From the NCBI GenBank assembly GCA_964447485.1, contig CAYUTH010000001.1, positions 1 to 33,133 of the forward strand: a stretch of 33,133 nt of DNA. Reading direction: 5' to 3'. Positions within the stretch are counted from its first letter, which is position 1. The number at the start of each line of letters is the position of its first letter. Of this stretch, positions 18,269-26,867 are shown one piece after another. Source of the DNA: an uncultured Candidatus Cloacimonadota bacterium (GTDB taxonomy: Bacteria > Cloacimonadota > Cloacimonadia > JGIOTU-2). The position numbers were made by a program, and so were the translations under genes. The notes below the pieces were generated by a model. The model searched no databases, had not been told where the DNA came from, and saw only the letters and a program-made list of their open reading frames with translations.

Positions 18269-18295
18269 ACCACAGAGAGCACAGAGGACACAGAG
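18269..18295 (+). repeat. Three-unit 9-nt micro-tandem repeat
   Basis: accacagag/agcacagag/gacacagag. Confidence 0.85.
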
Positions 18296-18310
18296 GAAAA
18301 TAAATACGTA

Positions 18311-18781
18311 TTACAATGAAGAGATCGAATACACCGCAAAGAAGATAAGGAAACCGCTGAATGCCAGCGCACTGAATACACTCATAAAAAGGTGCTGAAC
18401 ATCGTTGTCATGCTTTTGTATTGCCCGGATAGCGTGAAGGATTGCAGTTTGAAGAAGGTAAACTCCATAAATGAGCACAATTCCGGATTTTGCCATCAGA
18501 TTCCATGCAAAGATGTAGGAGATCAAAGCAACAAGACCAATTGCGAGGTTTGCGAATCCCACTTCGAACTGCCAGTCTGGACGTTCGCTTTCCCATCCAA
18601 GACGTTTGGCATCAGCTTTATGAAAGACTACATGACTGAAAAAACTCAGAATGCCGATCACCGACACAGCGAGAAGGAGAATAATATCAATAGATTTTGC
18701 TATGTCGGGAAGAAAGAAAATCCCAAGAAAAATGGAAAGTGCGACAAGCAGTATTCTGATAATTGCGATTGCTAAAGCCAT
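18311..18781 (-). CDS. Integral membrane protein (DUF6790-like)
   Basis: About five hydrophobic segments; AKRLGW...WQFEVGFANLAIG motif; GAGGAG RBS. Confidence 0.6.
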   Translation of the reverse strand: MALAIAIIRILLVALSIFLGIFFLPDIAKSIDIILLLAVSVIGILSFFSHVVFHKADAKRLGWESERPDWQFEVGFANLAIGLVALISYIFAWNLMAKSGIVLIYGVYLLQTAILHAIRAIQKHDNDVQHLFMSVFSALAFSGFLIFFAVYSISSL

Positions 18782-18823
18782 AATACTCCTCTAAAATATT
18801 TAGTATTTATAATAGCAAGGTGC

Positions 18824-20254
18824 TCAATAGACATTTTTGTGCTGTATCACATCAGTAATAGTTCGCAGTATGATCTTCAGGTCGAACATGAACGACCAGT
18901 TCTCAATATAGTACAAGTCGTAAGCGAGTTTTTCGAGAGGTTCTGTTGTGAGTTCTGCTCTTCCATTTATCTGAGCCCAGCCTGTCATGCCACCACGCAC
19001 CAGAAGCCGGTCATCCCAATTCTGGATTTCTTTGGAAAACTTATCGTGAAAGAAGGGGCGTTCCGGGCGGGGTCCCACCAACGACATATCACCCTTTAAC
19101 ACATTGAAAAATTGGGGGAGTTCATCCAGGGATGATTTTCTTAGGAAATTGCCGATCTTCGTGGTTCTGTCTTTCTGATCAGAAGTGAAATAGGTTGGTC
19201 CGGTTTTTTCTTCAGCATCGATAAACATAGATCTGAATTTGATAAACCAGAATTCTCTCCCGTGCAGCGTAACTCTTATTTGTTTGTAGAGAACAGGTCC
19301 TTTGGAGCTGAATTTAACAAGGAGCGCAAGAATGAGCATAATAGGAGAGGTAATGATTATAAGAGGAATAACCAGCACTATGTCAAATGTACGCTTTACA
19401 ATACTTCTCCATTTACTGAAGGAAATATAAGTCACACCGATCAGTGGTATGCCGTCCATGTCATCAAAATCTGTTGAGCCGGTTTTAAATTGATAGCGGG
19501 TTGGTGTAAACCTGAGGAAAATCTCTTTATCTTTACAGAAGAGAATAATATCATTGAGCATCCGTTGGTCGATATCATCAACTGCAATGAAAAGTGCTTC
19601 AGCACCTGTCGATTCTATGACTCTCTTAAATTCTCTTATTGTACCCAGGTGAACAAAGTGCTTTTTCAAATGAAAGCGGAGTTTGTCCGGGGTAATATTT
19701 GATATGCTTCCGATATAATTAAATCCAAGATCAGGATAGAGGAGCATTTTTTCTGCGATCTCCTGCCCCATGGAATTTGCTCCAATAATGACCGCTTTCT
19801 TATTGCCGATATTATGGCTGAGCACGAATTTTTTTATTTTATTGATAAACCAGTGAGAGATGACCAGTATTATAAAAGCCGCAGGCAGAGAATATGCTAT
19901 CACATAGCGCGATTGAGGCAAACCCTGATACGCATAGGTGAATGTGAAGGTGAGTATTGTCGCGAATATCGCGCCTTTCCCAATGGATGTTATCTCATTC
20001 ATCCATTTGAGGGGACCGCCATATTCTTTGTAGAGACCGGAAATAATAAATGAAAAGATCCAGATGAATACGATCAACCACATCACCTTAAGATACATAT
20101 CAATGTATACATCCGGGTATGCTTTCACATCACTAATATGAATCAACAATCTGAACTTCATCTCATAGGCAATTATGAAACTCAATGCGATTGCAAATAT
20201 ATCATTCGTAATCTTGAGTATTGTAAAAAAGAAATTAATTCTGCTCTTTGACAT
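18824..20254 (-). CDS. Undecaprenyl-phosphate sugar-1-phosphate transferase (WcaJ/CpsE-like priming glycosyltransferase)
   Basis: Four N-terminal TM segments, CoA-binding-like IIGA domain, KRTFDI, KFRSM, LRKSSLDELPQFFNVLKGDMSLVGPRPE, GMTGWAQING, DLYYIENWS. Confidence 0.92.
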   Translation of the reverse strand: MSKSRINFFFTILKITNDIFAIALSFIIAYEMKFRLLIHISDVKAYPDVYIDMYLKVMWLIVFIWIFSFIISGLYKEYGGPLKWMNEITSIGKGAIFATILTFTFTYAYQGLPQSRYVIAYSLPAAFIILVISHWFINKIKKFVLSHNIGNKKAVIIGANSMGQEIAEKMLLYPDLGFNYIGSISNITPDKLRFHLKKHFVHLGTIREFKRVIESTGAEALFIAVDDIDQRMLNDIILFCKDKEIFLRFTPTRYQFKTGSTDFDDMDGIPLIGVTYISFSKWRSIVKRTFDIVLVIPLIIITSPIMLILALLVKFSSKGPVLYKQIRVTLHGREFWFIKFRSMFIDAEEKTGPTYFTSDQKDRTTKIGNFLRKSSLDELPQFFNVLKGDMSLVGPRPERPFFHDKFSKEIQNWDDRLLVRGGMTGWAQINGRAELTTEPLEKLAYDLYYIENWSFMFDLKIILRTITDVIQHKNVY

Positions 20255-20425
20255 TGTTACTACTTTTGTGGCTTTTTTTATTTGAAATTAAAAACATATT
20301 AAGGGCATTCCTTTGTCAAATTTCTTGAAATTAAGCTACAGAGAAGATTGAAAAAATTGACGTGTTGTACGCGTTAAAATTTTTCGTAAATGAAATAAAT
20401 ATAATAAAAAGAAAGAGTTATAAAT

Positions 20426-21910
20426 ATGGATAATAAGAATTTTGATGCTGTAGACATGAAAGTTTTGGAGAATACAGTTCAACGTTGCAGGGAGAGGAAT
20501 ATCATTATTCCTACATATGAAGAGATGATCCATCCCGAAAAAGTGCCCGAAAAAATAAAAAAAGAACTTACCGATATAGGACTATGGGATCTGCATCCGA
20601 GGAATTTGTATAGAATAACATGGAAGAATGAACCCACAGAAAAAGGTGGAGGTTTTGAAGGTGTCAATTACCTGGAAGTGCCATCAGAATTGACCGGTGT
20701 GAAAGCACGAATTTTTATCCTCATTGGCAAGTATTTCCCGACCGGTTCGCATAAAGTTGGCGCAACATTCGGTCCGCTTGTAGAGAAATTGGTTCGCGGT
20801 GCCTTTGACCCGACAAAACAAAAAGCACTCTGGCCATCGACCGGTAATTATTGCAGAGGCGGCGCATATGATTCCTATCTGCTTGCATGTCCATCGATCG
20901 CAGTGCTGCCGGAAGGAATGTCCAGAGAACGTTTTGAATGGCTTGAAAAAGTCGGCGCTGAGATATATGCAACACCCGGCTGCGAAAGCAATGTAAAAGA
21001 AGTATATGACAAAACCAAAGAACTGAAAGAAGCGCGTGGAGATGAGATCGTCGTGCTCAATCAATTCAGCGAATTCGGCAATGCGGTCTGGCATTACGCA
21101 GTGACCGGGCGAGCAATGCAGGAAGTGTTTGAGAACAATAAAAGCGCCGGTCAAAGAATGAGCGGATTATTCCTTACCCAGGGCTCTGCAGGAACACTCG
21201 GCTGTGGAGAATATCTCAGAGAAAAATATCCAACAATAAAAGTCTGCGCAGGTGAAGCTTTGCAATGCCCTACCCTCCTTTTCAACGGCTACGGCGGACA
21301 CCGCATTGAAGGAATCGGTGATAAGCATGTGCCCTGGATTCACAACATGAAAAATATGGATATGGTGGCAGATATCGATGATGATGCCTGCATGAACCTG
21401 CTCAGGTTATTCAATGAGCCGGAAGGTCATAAATATCTTATTGCTCAAGGGGTTGATAAGGAATTCGTCGATCAGCTCCACCTACTCGGTATCTCATCTA
21501 TTGCAAATCTTCTTGGTACGATCAAGATGGCAAAATACTATGAGATGAACGAAAATGACGTACTCTTCACAGTGGCAACCGACTCGATGGAGATGTACCG
21601 GTCAAGGATGAAAGAGATGCATGAGAAGTTCGACGAATATACCCCTTATAATGCTGTTGGTGATTTTGAGCGCTATCTTATGGGTACTACTGTTGATTAT
21701 ATGCTCGAGCTTTCCTACTGGGATAAGAAGCGTATGCATAATCTGAAGTATTTCACATGGATCGAGCAGCAGGGAAAAACAGTTGAGGAACTCAATGCAC
21801 AATGGTATGATGATAACTATTGGAAAGAAAAAATGCATTCTTACGAGCAGTGGGATGATCTCATTCGAGAATTCAATGACAGAACAGGATTGCTGAAAAA
21901 ATATAAATAA
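20426..21910 (+). CDS. Fold-type II PLP-dependent enzyme (cysteine synthase/Trp synthase beta superfamily), substrate unknown
   Basis: FPTGSHKVGA (PLP lysine), PSTGNY, LNQF, GSAGT, HRIEGIG, GISS. Confidence 0.8.
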   Translation: MDNKNFDAVDMKVLENTVQRCRERNIIIPTYEEMIHPEKVPEKIKKELTDIGLWDLHPRNLYRITWKNEPTEKGGGFEGVNYLEVPSELTGVKARIFILIGKYFPTGSHKVGATFGPLVEKLVRGAFDPTKQKALWPSTGNYCRGGAYDSYLLACPSIAVLPEGMSRERFEWLEKVGAEIYATPGCESNVKEVYDKTKELKEARGDEIVVLNQFSEFGNAVWHYAVTGRAMQEVFENNKSAGQRMSGLFLTQGSAGTLGCGEYLREKYPTIKVCAGEALQCPTLLFNGYGGHRIEGIGDKHVPWIHNMKNMDMVADIDDDACMNLLRLFNEPEGHKYLIAQGVDKEFVDQLHLLGISSIANLLGTIKMAKYYEMNENDVLFTVATDSMEMYRSRMKEMHEKFDEYTPYNAVGDFERYLMGTTVDYMLELSYWDKKRMHNLKYFTWIEQQGKTVEELNAQWYDDNYWKEKMHSYEQWDDLIREFNDRTGLLKKYK

Positions 21911-21913
21911 TAC

Positions 21914-23344
21914 ATGTATCAAAAAATCATCAATGCAATTCTTTCTCGCGGTAACAGAACTGTATTATGCGATATACTTTACAATTCTCAGATCGTTGAT
22001 GTAATAGAAAAAGAAGAAGTTCCAGGCACTCCTACCGAATTATCTGATTATATCCGTTCAAAAAGAAGTATACAAAGCAATTCCAGTGGTTGTATTGATG
22101 CAAATTATTGTATTGTAATGCCCGGAGCTATCGACCCCCATGTGCACTATAATGATCCGGGTTTTGAGTGGCGGGAGGATTTTCACACAGGAACTCTGTC
22201 AGCTGCATTTGGTGGAGTTACCACAGTTGCAGATATGCCCTGCACATCAATTCCGGCTATTACCAATGCGGTAAATTTACAGCATAAACTCAAGGTGATC
22301 AGCAAAAAAGCAGTGACTGATTTCGCTTTATGGGGAGGAGTTTCCGGAACTGAGTTTGATGATCATACAGTAAGAAATAATATGCATGAGCTTCATGAGC
22401 AGGGAGTGATCGGATTTAAAACATACCTGATCTCCGGGATGAAAGATTTTACTTCACTCACCCCTTCGCAGCTTGAAGAAGTCGCCCTTATTGCAAAAGA
22501 TTTAGATATGCTTGTTGCGGTTCATGCGGAAGATAAAGCATTTGTTGAGCGTATGCGCGCAGCATTTCAAAGAGAAAATAAAAATGAGATCACTCATTAC
22601 TGCCAGGCTCGGGGGATCGAGGCAGAGGTTCTGGCAATCAGAACAGTCATAGAAATTGATCAAAAAACAGGAACTCATTTTCATATCGTGCATCTGAGCA
22701 GCAAAAGGGGACTGGAGCTCATCGAAGAAGCACAAGTATCGGGAATTCATATTACAACCGAAACATGCCCTCACTTTCTTGCTTTTACACAAGAAGATTT
22801 TGAGAAGCAGGGAAGTATCCTAAAAACAGCTCCGCCTGTAAAATTTGAAGAAGATAAGAAAGCACTCTGGGATGGTTTAAAGAGCGGAGTGATCAGCTTT
22901 GTTGCCACAGATCATGCAAGCTGCGAATATTCACGGGAGAAAAGCACGGGCAATATTTGGTCTGATTATGCCGGCATACCCGGAAGTGAGATTATGGTCC
23001 CATTTATCTTTTCTGAAGGATTTATGGATGATAAGCTCAGTCTTAGTCAAACTCAACAAATTCTTTCTGAAAATGCTGCTAAGAATTACAAATTAGATAC
23101 CCATAAAGGAAGTATCAGTATCGGCAAGGACGCAGATTTTGTTTTCATAGATCCACTTGCTGAGACGAAAGTTGACCAGGAAAAATTGCATTCAAAAGGG
23201 AAATATTCACCTTTCCATGATCGAATTTTCAAATGCAGTATCAAGAAAACAATTTTACGCGGAAATGTCATTATTGATCACGATCATCTTCTCGTGGATC
23301 CAGGATTTGGCTCCTATTACGAAAGCAATTCAAAACATAAATAA
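21914..23344 (+). CDS. Cyclic amidohydrolase, allantoinase/dihydroorotase/hydantoinase family (allantoinase-like)
   Basis: MPGAIDPHVH, AAFGGVTTVADMP, GVIGFKTY (carboxylated Lys), VHAE, HIVHLS, ETCPH, ATDHA, KGSISIGKDAD. Confidence 0.8.
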   Translation: MYQKIINAILSRGNRTVLCDILYNSQIVDVIEKEEVPGTPTELSDYIRSKRSIQSNSSGCIDANYCIVMPGAIDPHVHYNDPGFEWREDFHTGTLSAAFGGVTTVADMPCTSIPAITNAVNLQHKLKVISKKAVTDFALWGGVSGTEFDDHTVRNNMHELHEQGVIGFKTYLISGMKDFTSLTPSQLEEVALIAKDLDMLVAVHAEDKAFVERMRAAFQRENKNEITHYCQARGIEAEVLAIRTVIEIDQKTGTHFHIVHLSSKRGLELIEEAQVSGIHITTETCPHFLAFTQEDFEKQGSILKTAPPVKFEEDKKALWDGLKSGVISFVATDHASCEYSREKSTGNIWSDYAGIPGSEIMVPFIFSEGFMDDKLSLSQTQQILSENAAKNYKLDTHKGSISIGKDADFVFIDPLAETKVDQEKLHSKGKYSPFHDRIFKCSIKKTILRGNVIIDHDHLLVDPGFGSYYESNSKHK

Positions 23345-23528
23345 TAGATGATATTAAACTTTTATCACCGTTCATCATCCTATAAGTAAAGTTTGAATAA
23401 GCGAGCATTGATTTGTTGATTTATATATATAAAAAAATCCTCAAGGGGACATTTTCAAGTATTTCACGTAACTTAGGAAAATTTCCCATACTCCAGCTAA
23501 ATATCTCAAAGATATAACTTTCATACTC

Positions 23529-24374
23529 ATGAATTCAAAACGAATACTCTGGATCGCCCTTATTCTCTCGCTGCTTGCACATTTACTTGTACTGCTTTTT
23601 TTTCCTTATCTTTCAAAAATAGAGTTGATAGCCCTCAAGCAAGACCAGCAAGATAGAGAAGAAAAGCGTATCACTTTTGAATTCATAGAAACACCTGATG
23701 TTCCGGAAGATGAGAATGTTGAAAAGCAAAATCTCGTATCTGATAAGAATATCGCTGCTGCTGATGAGCTGGATGGCGAACTTCCGATTGATGTGAATCC
23801 CTTTAGCGAAGGCGATATGGAGATCAAGGAATTTCCCGAAACAGAGTCTGTTGAGATGCAGCCGGAAAATGAGCCAGCAGAAACAGTTCAAGAGACACCA
23901 CAAAAAGATTATCCGGAACAATCTGATGAAATTGTTATGAGGGAAGACAACGAAAAACAGATTCCTCAGGTACAACCGGAAAGTGTGTACCTTCCGCCAC
24001 AGCCGGATTATAATAATGTGATCTCAGAAGTTGAGAAAGCGGGAGGAGTAAGCTTCAATACCTACAACTGGAATTTTGCTCCCTATATGCTTTATTTGAA
24101 AAAGAAAATTCAAAGCAATTTGAATCCACCTCCAGGATTCACGTATCTTGGTCTTATACACGGAGATGTGCTCGTTAGATTCATTATTCTGCCAAATGGC
24201 ACTTTAAAAAATGTGAAGGTTCTGCATTCAGAAGCTCATAATTCTCTTGTTCAGGCAAGCACGGGATCGATTACAATTTCAGCGCCATTCCTGCCCCTGC
24301 CTAAGGATTTCCCCGAGGATTACCTGGTAGTGACCTCATTGTTCTCATATATAGTAGAAAAAAAATATAAATAA
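23529..24374 (+). CDS. TonB/TolA-like energy transducer
   Basis: N-terminal TM with SLLAH (SxxxH), acidic Pro/Glu-rich linker, C-terminal domain 'VLVRFIILPNGTLKNVKV...APFLPLP'. No clear RBS. Confidence 0.8.
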   Translation: MNSKRILWIALILSLLAHLLVLLFFPYLSKIELIALKQDQQDREEKRITFEFIETPDVPEDENVEKQNLVSDKNIAAADELDGELPIDVNPFSEGDMEIKEFPETESVEMQPENEPAETVQETPQKDYPEQSDEIVMREDNEKQIPQVQPESVYLPPQPDYNNVISEVEKAGGVSFNTYNWNFAPYMLYLKKKIQSNLNPPPGFTYLGLIHGDVLVRFIILPNGTLKNVKVLHSEAHNSLVQASTGSITISAPFLPLPKDFPEDYLVVTSLFSYIVEKKYK

Positions 24375-24392
24375 ATTTGATAGAGGAGACCT

Positions 24393-25037
24393 ATGTTTTC
24401 TGATATTTTAGTGTTCCTGTCTAAGGGTGGTGTCCTGATGATACCGATCTTTATTTGCAGCATTTTGTCCCTTGCAGTGATAATCGAAAAACTGATTACA
24501 CTCCGCGCAAGAAAAGTGCTTCCGCCGGAAATAGAGAAAATCGTGGAAAATTATAGTTCAGAGGATGACATAAGCTTGGTGACTTCTGTATGCACGCAGA
24601 ATAAAAGCCTGCTGGCGCGCATCATTCTTATCGTGCTGAATCACAGGAAGTTGCCTTACCAGCGCATGAAGGAAGAGATCGTGAACAATGTCCGGCAGGA
24701 GCTGCGAACTCTTGAAAAAAGACTTGGTATTCTCGAAACCGTTGCTTCAGTTGCACCGATACTCGGACTACTCGGCACGGTTTTGGGTATGATAAAGGTT
24801 TTTGGCGTGATCACTTCTCAGGGTGTAGGCAACGCGTCTGCACTTTCGGGTGGAATTTCTGAAGCGCTTCTTACTACTGCTTTCGGACTCACGGTGGCCA
24901 TCCCTGCGTTGATCTGTTATAATTACTTCATCAGAAAATCCGAGGACCTGATCCTTGATATTGAGAATATCACAAATAACCTTGTGAAGAAGATCAATCA
25001 TACGAAGAAGGAAGATGACTATGCAGCTCCTGAATAA
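24393..25037 (+). CDS. exbB: MotA/TolQ/ExbB proton channel protein
   Basis: GG.LMIPI, APILGLLGTVLGMI, GISEALLTTAFGL.VAIP; GAGGAG RBS. Confidence 0.9.
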   Translation: MFSDILVFLSKGGVLMIPIFICSILSLAVIIEKLITLRARKVLPPEIEKIVENYSSEDDISLVTSVCTQNKSLLARIILIVLNHRKLPYQRMKEEIVNNVRQELRTLEKRLGILETVASVAPILGLLGTVLGMIKVFGVITSQGVGNASALSGGISEALLTTAFGLTVAIPALICYNYFIRKSEDLILDIENITNNLVKKINHTKKEDDYAAPE

Positions 25038-25425
25038 GAAAAGGCGACGTGTTACCATCAATATCACATCACTTATCGATGTGGTGCTCCTCCTGTTGAT
25101 CTTTTTCATGGTGTCAACCAACTTTATTGAACAACCTGGGATGAAGCTTGATCTTCCTGACTCAGAGTCCGCATCATCCTCTGCAGGAAATGATCTTGAA
25201 GTAATTATTCAACCTGACGGAGATATCTTTTTCAATGGAAATGCCATAACAATTGAAGAACTTCGTGCCCAGTTTGAAAAGCTTGCGGGAGAATCTTCTG
25301 ATCGGAGTCTTTTACTGAAAGCAGATAAAAGCGTTACGCACGGCACAGTTATGGAAGTTATTGACATAGCCCGGATAAACGGGATTCAAAAAATTATTAT
25401 TGCATCTACCAAAAAAACAAAATAA
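25021..25425 (+). CDS. exbD: ExbD/TolR family protein
   Basis: INITSLIDVVLLLLIFFMV (conserved Asp), LKADK...G.VMEVID. ATG 25021 is better spaced from the AAGGA RBS than 25015. Confidence 0.9.
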   Translation: MQLLNKKRRRVTINITSLIDVVLLLLIFFMVSTNFIEQPGMKLDLPDSESASSSAGNDLEVIIQPDGDIFFNGNAITIEELRAQFEKLAGESSDRSLLLKADKSVTHGTVMEVIDIARINGIQKIIIASTKKTK

Positions 25426-25499
25426 TTCTCAGATGTTCGTTCAATAAATTTGACACAAATATCATCTTTTTTTTATAGGAAGGAAGTTAGGAAATAAAA

Positions 25500-26867
25500 A
25501 TGAATAATATACGTATCAAAAATGCCCTTATATGCCAGTTTGTTCAAGGAGCTTTTGTTCCTATATTCGGCGACATAATCATTGAAGATGAACTTATTCA
25601 TGAGATCAGACCGACATCTTATACTGATTTTTTAAAGAAGCCGGTTGTGCGTAAAATGACCGGAAGCGACGAAGGTGATGAAAGAGAGTATGATGCCCAG
25701 GGACGAATGGTTTTACCTCCTTTAACAAATTTCCACGAGCATATCTACTCGCGCCTCAGCAAAGGATTACCTGTAACAGGCAAAATGGATGATTTTGTAG
25801 AAATTTTGGAAAATCTATGGTGGAAACTCGATAGGACACTGAGTGAGCAGGCTGTTGAAGTAAGCGCTGAACTCGCTGCAATAGAAGCGATAAAAAATGG
25901 CGTGCTGACATTATTTGATCATCATTCATCTCCGGATTTCATTAGTGACAGCGAAAATATTATCAAGAAAGTCTTAAAGACTCGCGAACTTAATGCTGTT
26001 CTCTCCTATGAGGTTTCGGACAGGAATGGCGTTGAAAACATGAAGCATAGCGTTGAGGAGAACCTTTCTTTTATTAAGTATCGCACAACTGCGGATTTTA
26101 AAGGACAATTTGGACTACATGCACTGTTTACACTTTCTGATGGGACGCTGAAATATATACAGGATGAAACTCGGGATCTCGGATGCGGTTATCATATCCA
26201 CGCTGCAGAAGATATTTTTGATGCTCAATTCTCGGAAGAAAAGTATGGACTCACTATTTGTGAGAGATTAGAGAAGTTCAACATGCTGAATAAGCTCACC
26301 TTTCTTGCACATGGAAATCATCTTGTGGAAAAAGATTTCGATTTAATTTTAAAACATAATTCATCGCTTATTCATAATCCGGATTCAAACTTCAATAATG
26401 CAGTCGGGACGCTAAATATTGCAAAAATACCCAAAGAAATTCCGTTGCTCCTGGGAACAGACGGCATGCATTGCAATATACTCAAAACAATAAAAATGGC
26501 ATTCCTCACTTGTCGCCATATTAACAAAAGTTCAGTGATCGGATTTGATGTTGTTGACCGTATTTTAAAAAACAGTTTTGAAATTCATGATAGATTTTTT
26601 GGTACTACTCCAAGACTTCGAAAAGGTGATTCGGCAGATTTTATTGTACTCGACTATTACCCGTATACACCCATTGACAAAGACAATTTCCTTGGACATT
26701 TTCTTTATGGAGCATGTGAGACTCAGGTTAAATCAGTTATTAAAAAAGGACACTTTCTCATGAAAGATTTTTTAGTTGACCCGGAAGAAGAAGTCTACAA
26801 AAAAGCATATAGTGTATCAAAAGAAATTCGTGAAAAATTTCAATTTCTCCAAGATGAAGAACGATAA
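25500..26867 (+). CDS. ssnA: SsnA-like aminohydrolase
   Basis: NFHEHIYSRLSKG, ILENLWWKLDR, GVLTLFDHH, YEVSDRNG, GLHALFTLSD, HIHAAE, HNPDSNFNNAVG, GTDG. Confidence 0.8.
   Translation: MNNIRIKNALICQFVQGAFVPIFGDIIIEDELIHEIRPTSYTDFLKKPVVRKMTGSDEGDEREYDAQGRMVLPPLTNFHEHIYSRLSKGLPVTGKMDDFVEILENLWWKLDRTLSEQAVEVSAELAAIEAIKNGVLTLFDHHSSPDFISDSENIIKKVLKTRELNAVLSYEVSDRNGVENMKHSVEENLSFIKYRTTADFKGQFGLHALFTLSDGTLKYIQDETRDLGCGYHIHAAEDIFDAQFSEEKYGLTICERLEKFNMLNKLTFLAHGNHLVEKDFDLILKHNSSLIHNPDSNFNNAVGTLNIAKIPKEIPLLLGTDGMHCNILKTIKMAFLTCRHINKSSVIGFDVVDRILKNSFEIHDRFFGTTPRLRKGDSADFIVLDYYPYTPIDKDNFLGHFLYGACETQVKSVIKKGHFLMKDFLVDPEEEVYKKAYSVSKEIREKFQFLQDEER

Noticed and set aside
23345-23528. Riboswitch in the spacer before tonB
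   Set aside because: Only weak AT-rich inverted repeats; no cobalamin, TPP, purine or Moco consensus recognised.
26776-26853. Listed upstream start of the Mo-binding subunit
   Set aside because: It overlaps ssnA by about 90 nt and adds non-homologous sequence; ATG 26854 fits the family N-terminus.
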